Source: Methylobacter sp.
GTDB lineage: Bacteria > Pseudomonadota > Gammaproteobacteria > Methylococcales > Methylomonadaceae
Direction of reading: 5' to 3'
Assembly (NCBI GenBank): GCA_036560465.1
Contig: DATBRD010000054.1
Location: 3,261-67,260, forward strand
Length of the DNA stretch: 64,000 nt
The notes under the pieces: model-generated
Database searches by the model: none
Told to the model about the DNA's origin: nothing
Seen by the model: only the letters and a program-made list of their open reading frames with translations
Part shown: piece by piece, positions 9,597-18,249 of the stretch
How positions within the stretch are numbered: position 1 is the stretch's first letter
How the letters are laid out: each line of letters begins with the position of its first letter
Made by a program: the position numbers and the translations under genes

Positions 9597-10516
9597 GCAA
9601 GGTCGGCCTTATCATACCCACGCTGAATGCCGGCAGTCTTTGGGAGCCGTGGCTCAAAGCCTTCGCGCAACAGACCCGGAAACCGGACTGTCTGTTGGTG
9701 ATCGACTCGTCGTCCAGCGACGGTACCGTGGCCTTGGCGCGCGCTCACGGTTTTGAGGTGCAAGTGATTTCCAGGTCGGAATTCAACCATGGCGGCACCC
9801 GTCAGTTCGGCGTGAATAGGCTGGCTGAGATGGATATTATCGTGTTCCTGACTCAGGATGCCTTATTGGCCAAACCCGATGCTATCGAGCGCTTGCTGGA
9901 GGCATTTGTTGATCAGCAGGTCGGCGCGGCTTATGGGCGCCAGCTTCCGCATCGGAACGCCGGGCCGATTGCCGCTCACGCCCGTCTGTTCAATTATCCG
10001 TCCGAAAGCCAGCTGCGCAGCCTGAACGACCGGGCACGTTTCGGTATCAAAACCGCGTTCATATCCAATTCCTTTGCCGCCTATCGGCGCAATGCGCTGA
10101 TGCAGGTCAGCGGCTTTCCCGTCGACACCATCATGAACGAAGACACTTATGTGGCTGGAAAAATGCTGGTGTCCGGCTGGAAAATCGCTTACTGCGCCGA
10201 TGCTCACGTGTTCCATTCCCATGACTACGGTTTTGTGGACGAATTTAAGCGTTACTTCGATATCGGCGTTTTCCATACGCATACTGCATGGCTGCAACAG
10301 ACATTCGGCGGCGCATCCGGCGAAGGTTTGCGCTTTGTAATTTCGGAAATGCGCTACTTGATGAAACATGCCCCGTTGCTGATTCCTTCCGCAGTGTTGC
10401 GGACCGGGTTGAAATGGCTCGGATTCAAGCTGGGTGCGTTACATCATGGCTTACCGCTAGCTATTCTCAGACGCGTTAGCCTGCATAAGACTTACTGGCT
10501 TCGCGCTGTACCGTAA
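9593..10516 (+). CDS. Glycosyltransferase family 2, rhamnosyltransferase-like (RfbN/WbaN type)
   Basis: IDSSSSDGT, FNHGGTR, FLTQDA, SNSFAAYR, NEDTY and HSHDY motifs; ATGA overlap with the upstream gene. Confidence 0.85.
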   Translation: MSKVGLIIPTLNAGSLWEPWLKAFAQQTRKPDCLLVIDSSSSDGTVALARAHGFEVQVISRSEFNHGGTRQFGVNRLAEMDIIVFLTQDALLAKPDAIERLLEAFVDQQVGAAYGRQLPHRNAGPIAAHARLFNYPSESQLRSLNDRARFGIKTAFISNSFAAYRRNALMQVSGFPVDTIMNEDTYVAGKMLVSGWKIAYCADAHVFHSHDYGFVDEFKRYFDIGVFHTHTAWLQQTFGGASGEGLRFVISEMRYLMKHAPLLIPSAVLRTGLKWLGFKLGALHHGLPLAILRRVSLHKTYWLRAVP

Positions 10517-10594
10517 ACTTTCCGGCTGTGTTATTTACGAAAATTTTCTTCTCGTATGCCGCACCGAGTACCAGAATTGTACCGAGTGAGCGCC

Positions 10595-10826
10595 GTAGGG
10601 TACGAGACTGTGAAAGTATTATTCAAATCAAGCTGAAAGGGTTATTTACCACAGAGAACACGAAGGACACGGAGAAAATAATTCTATGAACTCAACCCAT
10701 TAGAATCTCCGTGTTCTCTGTGTCCTCTGTGGTTAGTCTCTTAAACCGAATACTTTCACAGTCTCGTACGCATCGCGTACCTTTTTGGAACTTGATCCAG
10801 AAAAAGGTACGCGATGCGTACCCTAC
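10595..10826. repeat. GTAG-family REP doublet (REPIN-like), left REP interrupted by the MITE
   Basis: Removing the MITE and one GTAC copy restores GTAGGGTACGCATCGCGTACC, the exact reverse complement of GGTACGCGATGCGTACCCTAC at 10806-10826. Confidence 0.85.
10604..10765. mobile_element. Non-autonomous MITE-like element, copy 2 (162 bp)
   Basis: Perfect 17-bp TIRs GAGACTGTGAAAGTATT / AATACTTTCACAGTCTC with GTAC on both flanks (10600-10603, 10766-10769). Internal hairpin arms at 10648-10674 and 10707-10733. Same orientation as copy 1. Confidence 0.88.
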
Positions 10827-10936
10827 CGCTGGCTGAGAGCTTTGCCATAAACCTATCCGGCAAAAATCGATGTGATTGCATCTAGTTGGATTTATAATTC
10901 CTTGAAAATATACTTATTTCGTAATGGAGCGAACCT

Positions 10937-11932
10937 ATGACGACACCTCCTAAAACTGTACTCGTGGTCGGCGGCGCCGGTTACATCGGCTCCCATATGG
11001 TCTGGCTGCTCGGCCAGAAAGGCGTCGATGTCGTCACGCTCGACAATCTTTCCAGCGGACATCGCGATGCGGTGCTGCACGGAAAATTCGTGCATGGCGA
11101 CATTGCAGACCGGCTGATACTCGACAAAGTGTTCAGTGAGCACAAGTTCGATGCGGTCATGCATTTCGCTTCGTTCATCCAGGTCGGCGAATCGATGCAG
11201 GACCCCGCCAAGTATTACCAGAACAACGTCGTCAACACGCTCAATCTGCTCAATGCGATGCGGACTTATGGGGTCGACAAGTTCATTTTTTCATCCACAG
11301 CAGCCATCTTTGGCGAGCCGGAGTATAGCCCTATCGATGAAGCCCATCCCAAGCGGCCTATCAATCCTTACGGCTGGAGCAAACTGATGGTTGAGCAGGC
11401 CTTAGCCGACTACGACCGCGCTTACGGTCTTAAATCGGTTTGCCTGCGTTACTTCAATGCCGCCGGAGCGCATCCTGACAGCTTGCTCGGCGAACGGCAC
11501 GATCCCGAAACGCATCTCATCCCGTTGGTATTGCAAGCAGCCTCCGGTCGCCGTTCGGATATTACCGTGTTCGGTCGTGATTACGCTACGCCGGACGGCA
11601 CCTGTATCCGCGATTACATCCATATCCTCGACCTGGCCGAAGCGCACTGGCTGGCCCTGCAATATTTGCAAGCGGACGGCCAAACCACCGCGTTTAACCT
11701 GGGCAATGGCAACGGCTATTCCGTCGAGAGCGTTATTCAGGCGGCTGGGCGAATCACCGGTAAGGCGATTCCTGTGCAGGAAGGCCAACGCCGCGAGGGC
11801 GATCCCGCCCGGTTAGTGGCCAATGCCGATAAAATAAAGCAGCAACTGGGGTGGCAGCCCGCTTATGCGGATCTGGATGCCATCGTGGGGCACGCTTGGC
11901 AATGGGAATGCAACAGCCGGAAAGCGAGTTGA
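10937..11932 (+). CDS. galE: UDP-glucose 4-epimerase
   Basis: GGAGYIGSH, FIFSSTAAIFG, YGWSK (YxxxK), LRYFNAAGA and DGTCIRDYIH motifs. Confidence 0.96.
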   Translation: MTTPPKTVLVVGGAGYIGSHMVWLLGQKGVDVVTLDNLSSGHRDAVLHGKFVHGDIADRLILDKVFSEHKFDAVMHFASFIQVGESMQDPAKYYQNNVVNTLNLLNAMRTYGVDKFIFSSTAAIFGEPEYSPIDEAHPKRPINPYGWSKLMVEQALADYDRAYGLKSVCLRYFNAAGAHPDSLLGERHDPETHLIPLVLQAASGRRSDITVFGRDYATPDGTCIRDYIHILDLAEAHWLALQYLQADGQTTAFNLGNGNGYSVESVIQAAGRITGKAIPVQEGQRREGDPARLVANADKIKQQLGWQPAYADLDAIVGHAWQWECNSRKAS

Positions 11933-12044
11933 TCAGCGCTTTATTAAGTATTTTACGATATACCTATTTTTAATCACCTGACTTAGAGTATCAAAACTAT
12001 AGATAAGTTCTAATTTGATATTTTTGCAAGACAGGAGATGTGCT

Positions 12045-12203
12045 ATGACAGCTAGAGAGCTGACCAGACAAGCCTTCAATCTTTACGACAGCATTAGGGC
12101 TCAAAGTAGTCAAACTTCAGAATGTACAGAGGAAAGGGTGCGTTTATATTTCTTGGGACGCAAAGCCTTTTATAGATATAAGCGCCGCCTGAAAGCCGAA
12201 TAA
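12045..12203 (+). CDS. Small basic hypothetical protein (52 aa), paralog of the next ORF
   Basis: CAGGAG RBS 7 nt before ATG 12045; shares LxxxAxxLYD and RLxxLxxxAxxRYxRR with 12207-12461. Confidence 0.65.
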   Translation: MTARELTRQAFNLYDSIRAQSSQTSECTEERVRLYFLGRKAFYRYKRRLKAE

Positions 12204-12206
12204 GCG

Positions 12207-12461
12207 ATGAACGGATATTTATTGATAGCAGCCTCCGGCGGCAAGAGCGCAAATACAAACAAACATTCTTCCGGTCGCATTAATGGCAGAAGATTGATTA
12301 AAGAGGCCTGTGATTTATATGATCAGCTGAACGACAAGATTATGGATGAGGGCAATAAATTGTATGTTTGCGCGAAATTTAAGGAGCGCCTCTGTCGACT
12401 TGCAATTCGAGCCCATAAAAGATATATGCGGCGGCAAGGGCGCTTTCATGCGGATGAGTAA
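12207..12461 (+). CDS. Small basic hypothetical protein (84 aa), paralog of the previous ORF
   Basis: Starts 3 nt after the upstream stop and carries the same two motifs. Confidence 0.65.
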   Translation: MNGYLLIAASGGKSANTNKHSSGRINGRRLIKEACDLYDQLNDKIMDEGNKLYVCAKFKERLCRLAIRAHKRYMRRQGRFHADE

Positions 12462-12748
12462 AGAAAGCATTGCAAATTTATCTGCTCGTGGTTCACCCTC
12501 GCTTTATTTTAAAGTCTTAACTGTCACCGTAGCTAAAAGCGGACTTTCAAAAACCTTCCGGGCATCAAGTTAAGCCGGTTTCAATGGCATTCCGTACTCC
12601 ACAGATCATACTTCTTATTTTCAGCCTGGACCTGCCGGTTCGATCTCATGCCTGGCTGCAAGCCGATTCAGTTTGTCCTTTAGCCGATAGCTTCAAGGCG
12701 TTTAATATGCGAGGATAACCGGAGCCTGGCATTTTTCCTGGAGCGCTT

Positions 12749-13597
12749 ATGAACCCACAAGACTTTTTGATGTCCGCTTATGGCGTGCGGATGCCACGGA
12801 TTATTTACGGCACGGCCTGGAAGAAAGAGCGCACGGCGGCACTGGTCGAACAGGCTATCGGGCTGGGTTTTCGCGGCATCGATACTGCCGGTCAACCCAA
12901 GCATTACAATGAACCGGGAGTCGGCGACGGTATGGCCGCCTGTCTGCATCGCGGCATGGATCGCAGTGAGCTTTATCTGCAAAGCAAGTTCACGTCGTTA
13001 AGCGGACAGGATCCGATGCAAATACCTTATGATCCCAACGCAGGACTTAGCGAGCAAGTAGCGCAATCGTTCCAGACTTCCCTGAAAAACCTGCAAACCA
13101 CTTATCTGGATTGTCTGGTGCTGCATTCGCCATTGGCAAGCCACCCGCACACCATGGAAGCGTGGCAGGCAATGGAGCAAATTTTCCACAGAGGCGGCGC
13201 CAAGCAACTGGGGATCAGCAATTGTTACGATCCCCGGCAGTTTAAGCTTTTGTATCAAGAGGCCGAGGTTAAACCCGCTGTTATCCAGAACCGTTTTTAT
13301 GCCGAGACCGGCTATGACCGGGCCATCCGAGATTTTTGCCGGGAGCATCGGATCATTTACCAAAGCTTCTGGACGCTGACCGCCAATCCCACTGTTTTGA
13401 CTCATCCGGCGCTGCAAATGTTGTCGATGAAGTACCAAAGTAGCACCGCCCAAATATTTTTTCGCTATCTGAGCCAAATCGGCATTATTCCGCTGACCGG
13501 CACCACCTCGGAACGCCATATGCGCGAAGACCTGGCGATTTTCGATTTTGAACTGGCCGCCGACGAGTGCGAGGCGGTGGAGAGGTTGCTTTGGTGA
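12749..13597 (+). CDS. Aldo/keto reductase family oxidoreductase
   Basis: IIYGT, GFRGIDTA, YNEPGVG, LQSK, YLDCLVLHSP and LGISN motifs. Confidence 0.9.
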   Translation: MNPQDFLMSAYGVRMPRIIYGTAWKKERTAALVEQAIGLGFRGIDTAGQPKHYNEPGVGDGMAACLHRGMDRSELYLQSKFTSLSGQDPMQIPYDPNAGLSEQVAQSFQTSLKNLQTTYLDCLVLHSPLASHPHTMEAWQAMEQIFHRGGAKQLGISNCYDPRQFKLLYQEAEVKPAVIQNRFYAETGYDRAIRDFCREHRIIYQSFWTLTANPTVLTHPALQMLSMKYQSSTAQIFFRYLSQIGIIPLTGTTSERHMREDLAIFDFELAADECEAVERLLW

Positions 13598-14136
13598 CGG
13601 TGGTTCACTCGATATCCAAGGCCGAAATACAAGATGCCGAGCAGATTGCCGCTTTGGTCAATTCGGCTTATCGCGGCGAATTCAGCAAACAAGGCTGGAC
13701 CACAGAAGCCGATTTAGTGATGGGCCGCAGAACCGAGACCGATGAAATCGAACAATTAATCGCAACTGACGATTCGATGTTTTTGCTGTGCAAGGTTGAA
13801 GCGCAATTGATCGGGTCGGTGCATTTGCAGAAACAGGCGGATCAGGTTTATCTCGGCATGCTGGCAGTAAGCCCGCCGTTACAGGGCAGGGGTGTAGGCA
13901 AGCAATTGCTGTTTGCGGCGGAGCAAGCCGCGCAACGGACCTGGGCCGCCAACAAATTGGTTATGTCCGTCATAGCAAGCAGGAGCGAGCTGATCGCATT
14001 TTACGAACGAAGTGGTTACCGGCGCACCGGAGTCAACAAAGCGTTTCCACTGAAACCTGAACTTTGGACGCCAAAGTTCGCTGATTTGCAGCTGGAGATA
14101 TTGGAAAAAATCCTGCCGACAGATGGAGTGTTTTAA
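13594..14136 (+). CDS. GNAT family N-acetyltransferase
   Basis: LVNSAYRG..GWTTEA and LAVSPPLQGRGVGKQLL acetyl-CoA motif. GTG start overlaps the AKR stop (GTGA). Confidence 0.9.
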   Translation: MTVVHSISKAEIQDAEQIAALVNSAYRGEFSKQGWTTEADLVMGRRTETDEIEQLIATDDSMFLLCKVEAQLIGSVHLQKQADQVYLGMLAVSPPLQGRGVGKQLLFAAEQAAQRTWAANKLVMSVIASRSELIAFYERSGYRRTGVNKAFPLKPELWTPKFADLQLEILEKILPTDGVF

Positions 14137-14277
14137 ACCCAGCCGGATTTTAAAGCGCAACTTTATTGCGGTAACGACATGATTTATTTCGGGGTAGTAA
14201 ATCCATATCATGGCAACACGCTAAAAACCATTAAGCATAGCCATGATATAATGGCCGGCCTAAATTAAGGCTGATCA

Positions 14278-15111
14278 ATGACTGAAAACAATAATCAAAC
14301 AATGGAGCTGCATCCGCTCTGCACCTATTTTCCACGGATGTCTGAGGCTGAGTTTGACTCGCTTAAGGATAACCTTATGGAAAACGGACAAACACACCCT
14401 ATTTATACGCTTGACGGCATGATTCTGGATGGCGGCAATCGCTATCGTGCATTATGTGAGCTGGGCATTGCTCCGGTATTGGTTGAGTACACCGGCTCTA
14501 ACCCTACGCAGTTTATCTTGTCGTCGAATTTACATCGCAGGCATTTAACGCAGGGGCAGTCTGCGGCCATCGTATCGGCTTCGCAAAGTTGGGTAAATGC
14601 CCAGGCAGCGGATAATTCCCAGTTACGCGATACCGCACAATTAAACACAGCCACCGCCAGGGCCAAGCAGTCAGGAGTAGGTCATCGTACTCAACAGTTA
14701 GCGGATAAACTGGTCAAGGAAGCGCCGGCAGAGCTAGTAAAAGAAGTGATAGACGGCAAAAAGAGCCTCAATAAAGCCATTAAAGAGATCACGCCGCCAA
14801 AGCCCGCTCCGGTTATCGAGCAAGAATATGAGGAAAGCCGTGAAGAGCAGTTGAGCGGCACGGCTGACGAACAGCATAGTACGGTAACAGCCTTTGACGC
14901 TGATAACGAGGTCATGCTGAAATCGTTTGAGTCTGATTCAGCTTCGATTGACGAAGTTAAGAAATTAACCGAATTGAACAGGCTTTTAAACGAGCGCATC
15001 AATGAGTTGGTGGATGAAAGAGATGAGGCGATTAACTCTGCCAAACACTGGAAGGAGCAGTTCTTAAAACTTGAGGCTGAACTCAAGGAATTACAAAATG
15101 ACGGCGCTTAA
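14278..15111 (+). CDS. ParB/Spo0J-like N-terminal domain protein (phage/MGE type) with C-terminal coiled coil
   Basis: LHPLC..FPRMSEAEFDSL, ILDGGNRYRA and SNLHRRHLT are ParBc-like motifs. No parA nearby. Confidence 0.75.
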   Translation: MTENNNQTMELHPLCTYFPRMSEAEFDSLKDNLMENGQTHPIYTLDGMILDGGNRYRALCELGIAPVLVEYTGSNPTQFILSSNLHRRHLTQGQSAAIVSASQSWVNAQAADNSQLRDTAQLNTATARAKQSGVGHRTQQLADKLVKEAPAELVKEVIDGKKSLNKAIKEITPPKPAPVIEQEYEESREEQLSGTADEQHSTVTAFDADNEVMLKSFESDSASIDEVKKLTELNRLLNERINELVDERDEAINSAKHWKEQFLKLEAELKELQNDGA

Positions 15112-15201
15112 TGACTTGATCTCGGCTGGGTAATATCCTATCCCAAACAAGCTCATGAAAATCATGATGAACAACATTCCAACCCAAGAGAACCTTCAAT
15201 A

Positions 15202-15507
15202 ATGTTCACGTTACCTTCCGTATGGAACCTGGTTATATCCACCCTTGTGTTTTTTATCGCAGCCAGATATCTCCACCGCTATCTTGATGTGCAGGGAATA
15301 CCCAAGGGCATGACCCGCGGTATATTAGTGTTTTCACTGGCTTCCGTGGTGTCGTGGGGATCAGGAGAGATGGTGGATTGGACCCAGGAAAAAATAGAGG
15401 GGCCGCGGCCACAGGTAGCGCAAAGCTCTGACGATCTGTCGCAACTGCTGACGACGCTGGGTCAAGGGCAACCTTTGGCAGGATTAAAGGACACAGGGTC
15501 GAATTAA
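15202..15507 (+). CDS. Hypothetical membrane protein (2 TM)
   Basis: 101 aa ORF with two hydrophobic segments, filling an intergenic gap. Confidence 0.6.
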   Translation: MFTLPSVWNLVISTLVFFIAARYLHRYLDVQGIPKGMTRGILVFSLASVVSWGSGEMVDWTQEKIEGPRPQVAQSSDDLSQLLTTLGQGQPLAGLKDTGSN

Positions 15508-15606
15508 AGCTACAGGCCGTTGTTTTTAAAATAGCAGCCATAAGGCCAATAACGCCACTCAAATGCTCAGACTGGTGCTTGACGAATATCGTTACCAGCC
15601 AGTGCT

Positions 15607-16203
15607 TCAGCTGTTTTGCAGTACTAGCAAACGATTATTGGCGGGCATGGCGATATCGTTTACTAAGCTAAAACCACAGGATGTCGATAAAGACACGATG
15701 TCTTCAAAGTTTCTAATGCCGCTTAAGATATTTTGGCTTCTAAGCCACTGATCAAAAGCGGCATTACTGTCGCTGGTATAAGTGTTGTTATAGTTAAATG
15801 GGCCATAGATACAAATAAGCGCCTTGGGGCTTAGATATTCGGTCAGGCGATTAAACAGTACTTGCACGTCCTCCCAGCTCATGATGTGCAGCATATTGGC
15901 GGTGAATAATGCGTCGATAGAGCTGCATGGCCACAGCGCATCCGTAACATCCAGCGTTAACGCGGGTTTCAAATTAACTAATTTCGCTTCTTCCCGCCAT
16001 AAATTGATGCCGGGGATATTCTCGCTTCTATCGGTAGGCTGCCATTCAAGATGCGGCAGGTGTTCGGCAAAATAACAGGCATGCTGACCCGTGCCGCTGC
16101 CGATTTCCCAAACGGTTGCGGGCTGGTAAAAAACCGTTCTGATAACCTGTAAAATGGGGGCTTTGTTGTTTTCACAGGCCTGAGAAAAAGGTTTGTGGAT
16201 CAT
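15607..16203 (-). CDS. DUF938 family SAM-dependent methyltransferase-like protein
   Basis: ACENNKAPIL, EIGSGTGQH, WQPTD, YGPF...TSDSNAAFD and MPANN motifs. Confidence 0.88.
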   Translation of the reverse strand: MIHKPFSQACENNKAPILQVIRTVFYQPATVWEIGSGTGQHACYFAEHLPHLEWQPTDRSENIPGINLWREEAKLVNLKPALTLDVTDALWPCSSIDALFTANMLHIMSWEDVQVLFNRLTEYLSPKALICIYGPFNYNNTYTSDSNAAFDQWLRSQNILSGIRNFEDIVSLSTSCGFSLVNDIAMPANNRLLVLQNS

Positions 16204-16255
16204 GTACTGGATAGATTGATATGATTGTGTTGTTTTAACTGTACTGTTTTTAAAA

Positions 16256-17392
16256 ATGGAAGTAAAACAAATCGATAGTATGACGCAAGTGGATTGTGCG
16301 GCCTGGAATCGACTTGCCGGCGACGCCTATCCGTTTTTACGGCATGAGTTTTTATCGGCGCTGGAGCAAAGCGGTTCGGTATCCGCGCAAACGGGCTGGG
16401 AACCTGCGCATTTACTGGTTATGGATGACGATGAACTGGTTGCTTTTATGCCGCTGTATCTGAAACGGCATTCCTGGGGTGAATATGTATTTGACCATCA
16501 GTGGGCCCAGGCTTACCGGCAGCAGGGTATCGATTATTACCCGAAATGGCTGACGGCCATCCCGTTTACGCCTTGCCAAGGAGCGCGTATTGTTAGTAAA
16601 GCGGCTGCTGACTCGCTTGAAATCATGCAATTATTATTGGATTTTATAAAACAGCTTTCCGATAAGCGGGATGTTTCTTCATGGCACTGCTTGTTTCCAA
16701 CCGAGCCGCAGACAGAGCTGTTGCGATCGTTGGGTTTAAGTATTCGCGAAGGCGTGCAGTTTCACTGGTTTAACCGAGGCTATCATGACTTCGACGATTA
16801 TCTGCAAACCCTGAATGCCGGCAAGCGCAAAATGATCAAGCGCGAACGGCGAAGGATCAAAGAGCAGGGCGTCAGTTTGCTGCGTATTGCAGGGCCGGAT
16901 GTCAGTGAATTGCAATGGCGGGCGTTTTTTCGGTTTTATACGATGACCTATTTAAAAAGAGGTTCGCAGCCGTATCTTAATCTGGCGTTCTTTCAGCAAT
17001 TAGCCGCAACCATGGCTGAGCAATTATTGCTGGTGCTGGCGGTAAAAGACGATAACATTATTGCCGCAGCACTAAGTTTTATTGGCGAAGATACGTTATA
17101 TGGCCGCTATTGGGGCTGTGATGAAGAGTATGATAGTTTGCATTTTGAGGTCTGCTATTATCAGGGGCTGGATTATTGCATTGAACATGGCTTAAAGCGC
17201 TTTGATTCAGGCGCTCAAGGCGAACACAAGATTTCGCGTGGATTTGAGCCCATCACCACTTATTCCGCACACTGGATTAAGGACGCCCGGTTTGCAAAAG
17301 CAATCAAGCGCTTTTTAGCCGGCGAGCAAGAAATCATGCGGCTTTATAAACAGGATGCTGCCACTTATCTGCCATTTAAACAGTCCAATTAA
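16256..17392 (+). CDS. GNAT/FemAB-related protein (DUF482 family)
   Basis: PFLRHEFLSALE, HSWGEYVFDHQWA, YYPK, LYGRYWG, LHFEVCYYQG and GAQGEHKISRGF motifs. Confidence 0.9.
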   Translation: MEVKQIDSMTQVDCAAWNRLAGDAYPFLRHEFLSALEQSGSVSAQTGWEPAHLLVMDDDELVAFMPLYLKRHSWGEYVFDHQWAQAYRQQGIDYYPKWLTAIPFTPCQGARIVSKAAADSLEIMQLLLDFIKQLSDKRDVSSWHCLFPTEPQTELLRSLGLSIREGVQFHWFNRGYHDFDDYLQTLNAGKRKMIKRERRRIKEQGVSLLRIAGPDVSELQWRAFFRFYTMTYLKRGSQPYLNLAFFQQLAATMAEQLLLVLAVKDDNIIAAALSFIGEDTLYGRYWGCDEEYDSLHFEVCYYQGLDYCIEHGLKRFDSGAQGEHKISRGFEPITTYSAHWIKDARFAKAIKRFLAGEQEIMRLYKQDAATYLPFKQSN

Positions 17393-17557
17393 GCCGATAT
17401 TAGTAGGAGTAGTGCGAGCATCAATAGTCGTTTCTCGGGATTATTTTTAACGAGCGGTTTGCCTTCACTATGACAATGAGAAAATCATTGCAACCTGTAT
17501 GGCGTTTTGTAAAATTACCCGGCTTTATACCAACCCTAACTTTAAGAGTAACTGATT

Positions 17558-17863
17558 ATGCAAAATGGTTTCACTGTCCGACTGAATCTGAATCTAGCTG
17601 CCACTTGCCTGGCTTTACTTCTTGTCGGTTGTGCGTCCGATCCTGTGCCTGAGCCGATCCTTTCCGGCGAACAAATGCTGAGCGAAAGCCAGGGCATCGC
17701 AAATTTGGGCGATAGATGGAAAAAAGGTAAGCAGATGGTCGATCGCGGCAATATGTTGGTCCGGGAAGGCCAGAATAAAATTGATGAAGGTAATCGGCTG
17801 ATTGCAGAGGGCGAAAAAGTGAAGCTCGAAAGCGAAGAGAGCTATAAAAGCATAAAAAAATAA
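17558..17863 (+). CDS. Small predicted lipoprotein with Gly-heptad coiled coil
   Basis: Lipobox LLVG|C, and a C-terminal helix with Gly at every 7th residue. Confidence 0.75.
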   Translation: MQNGFTVRLNLNLAATCLALLLVGCASDPVPEPILSGEQMLSESQGIANLGDRWKKGKQMVDRGNMLVREGQNKIDEGNRLIAEGEKVKLESEESYKSIKK

Positions 17864-18042
17864 TGTGCTGTTGCGTCAATGGATTGTGATGCGAGATTTG
17901 TCCAACAGGAAGACAACTTGTTATTTTTCCGATTCAGATTTCCATGATCAGTTTAAATGCACCGACATTTCTATTGTATGATTCCGTGTATTTTCAGGAA
18001 TTAACGATTTCTGAAATGTACTGATTTATAAGGAATTCCAGT

Positions 18043-18084
18043 ATGGTTGAAAAAAACCGCAGTAAAACGGTTTTTTTCAACCAT
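18043..18084. repeat. Perfect 17-bp inverted repeat with 8-bp spacer
   Basis: ATGGTTGAAAAAAACCG-CAGTAAAA-CGGTTTTTTTCAACCAT. Confidence 0.8.
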
Positions 18085-18249
18085 TAGTTCTTTCCCCATC
18101 TATTCCAGTCTATTCTTATTTCCCGGCGGGTCTTGATTTTACTGATGTTATTCGAAGCTGCAATTTATGGCATAGAAATGGCTTAATAATTTGTAAGTTG
18201 TTAAAGCTACAGTGTATTCAATGTTTAACTTACATTTTTGAGGGTTGCC

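Noticed and set aside
8655-9790. 192-aa and 200-aa antisense ORFs
   Set aside because: They overlap clear glycosyltransferases on the opposite strand and have no recognisable features.
11940-15560. Prophage or genomic island
   Set aside because: No integrase, att site, tRNA or structural phage genes; only scattered accessory ORFs.
17368-17402. Sigma-28-like TAAA...GCCGATAT
   Set aside because: The spacing is 12 rather than ~15 nt, and no flagellar or chemotaxis gene follows.
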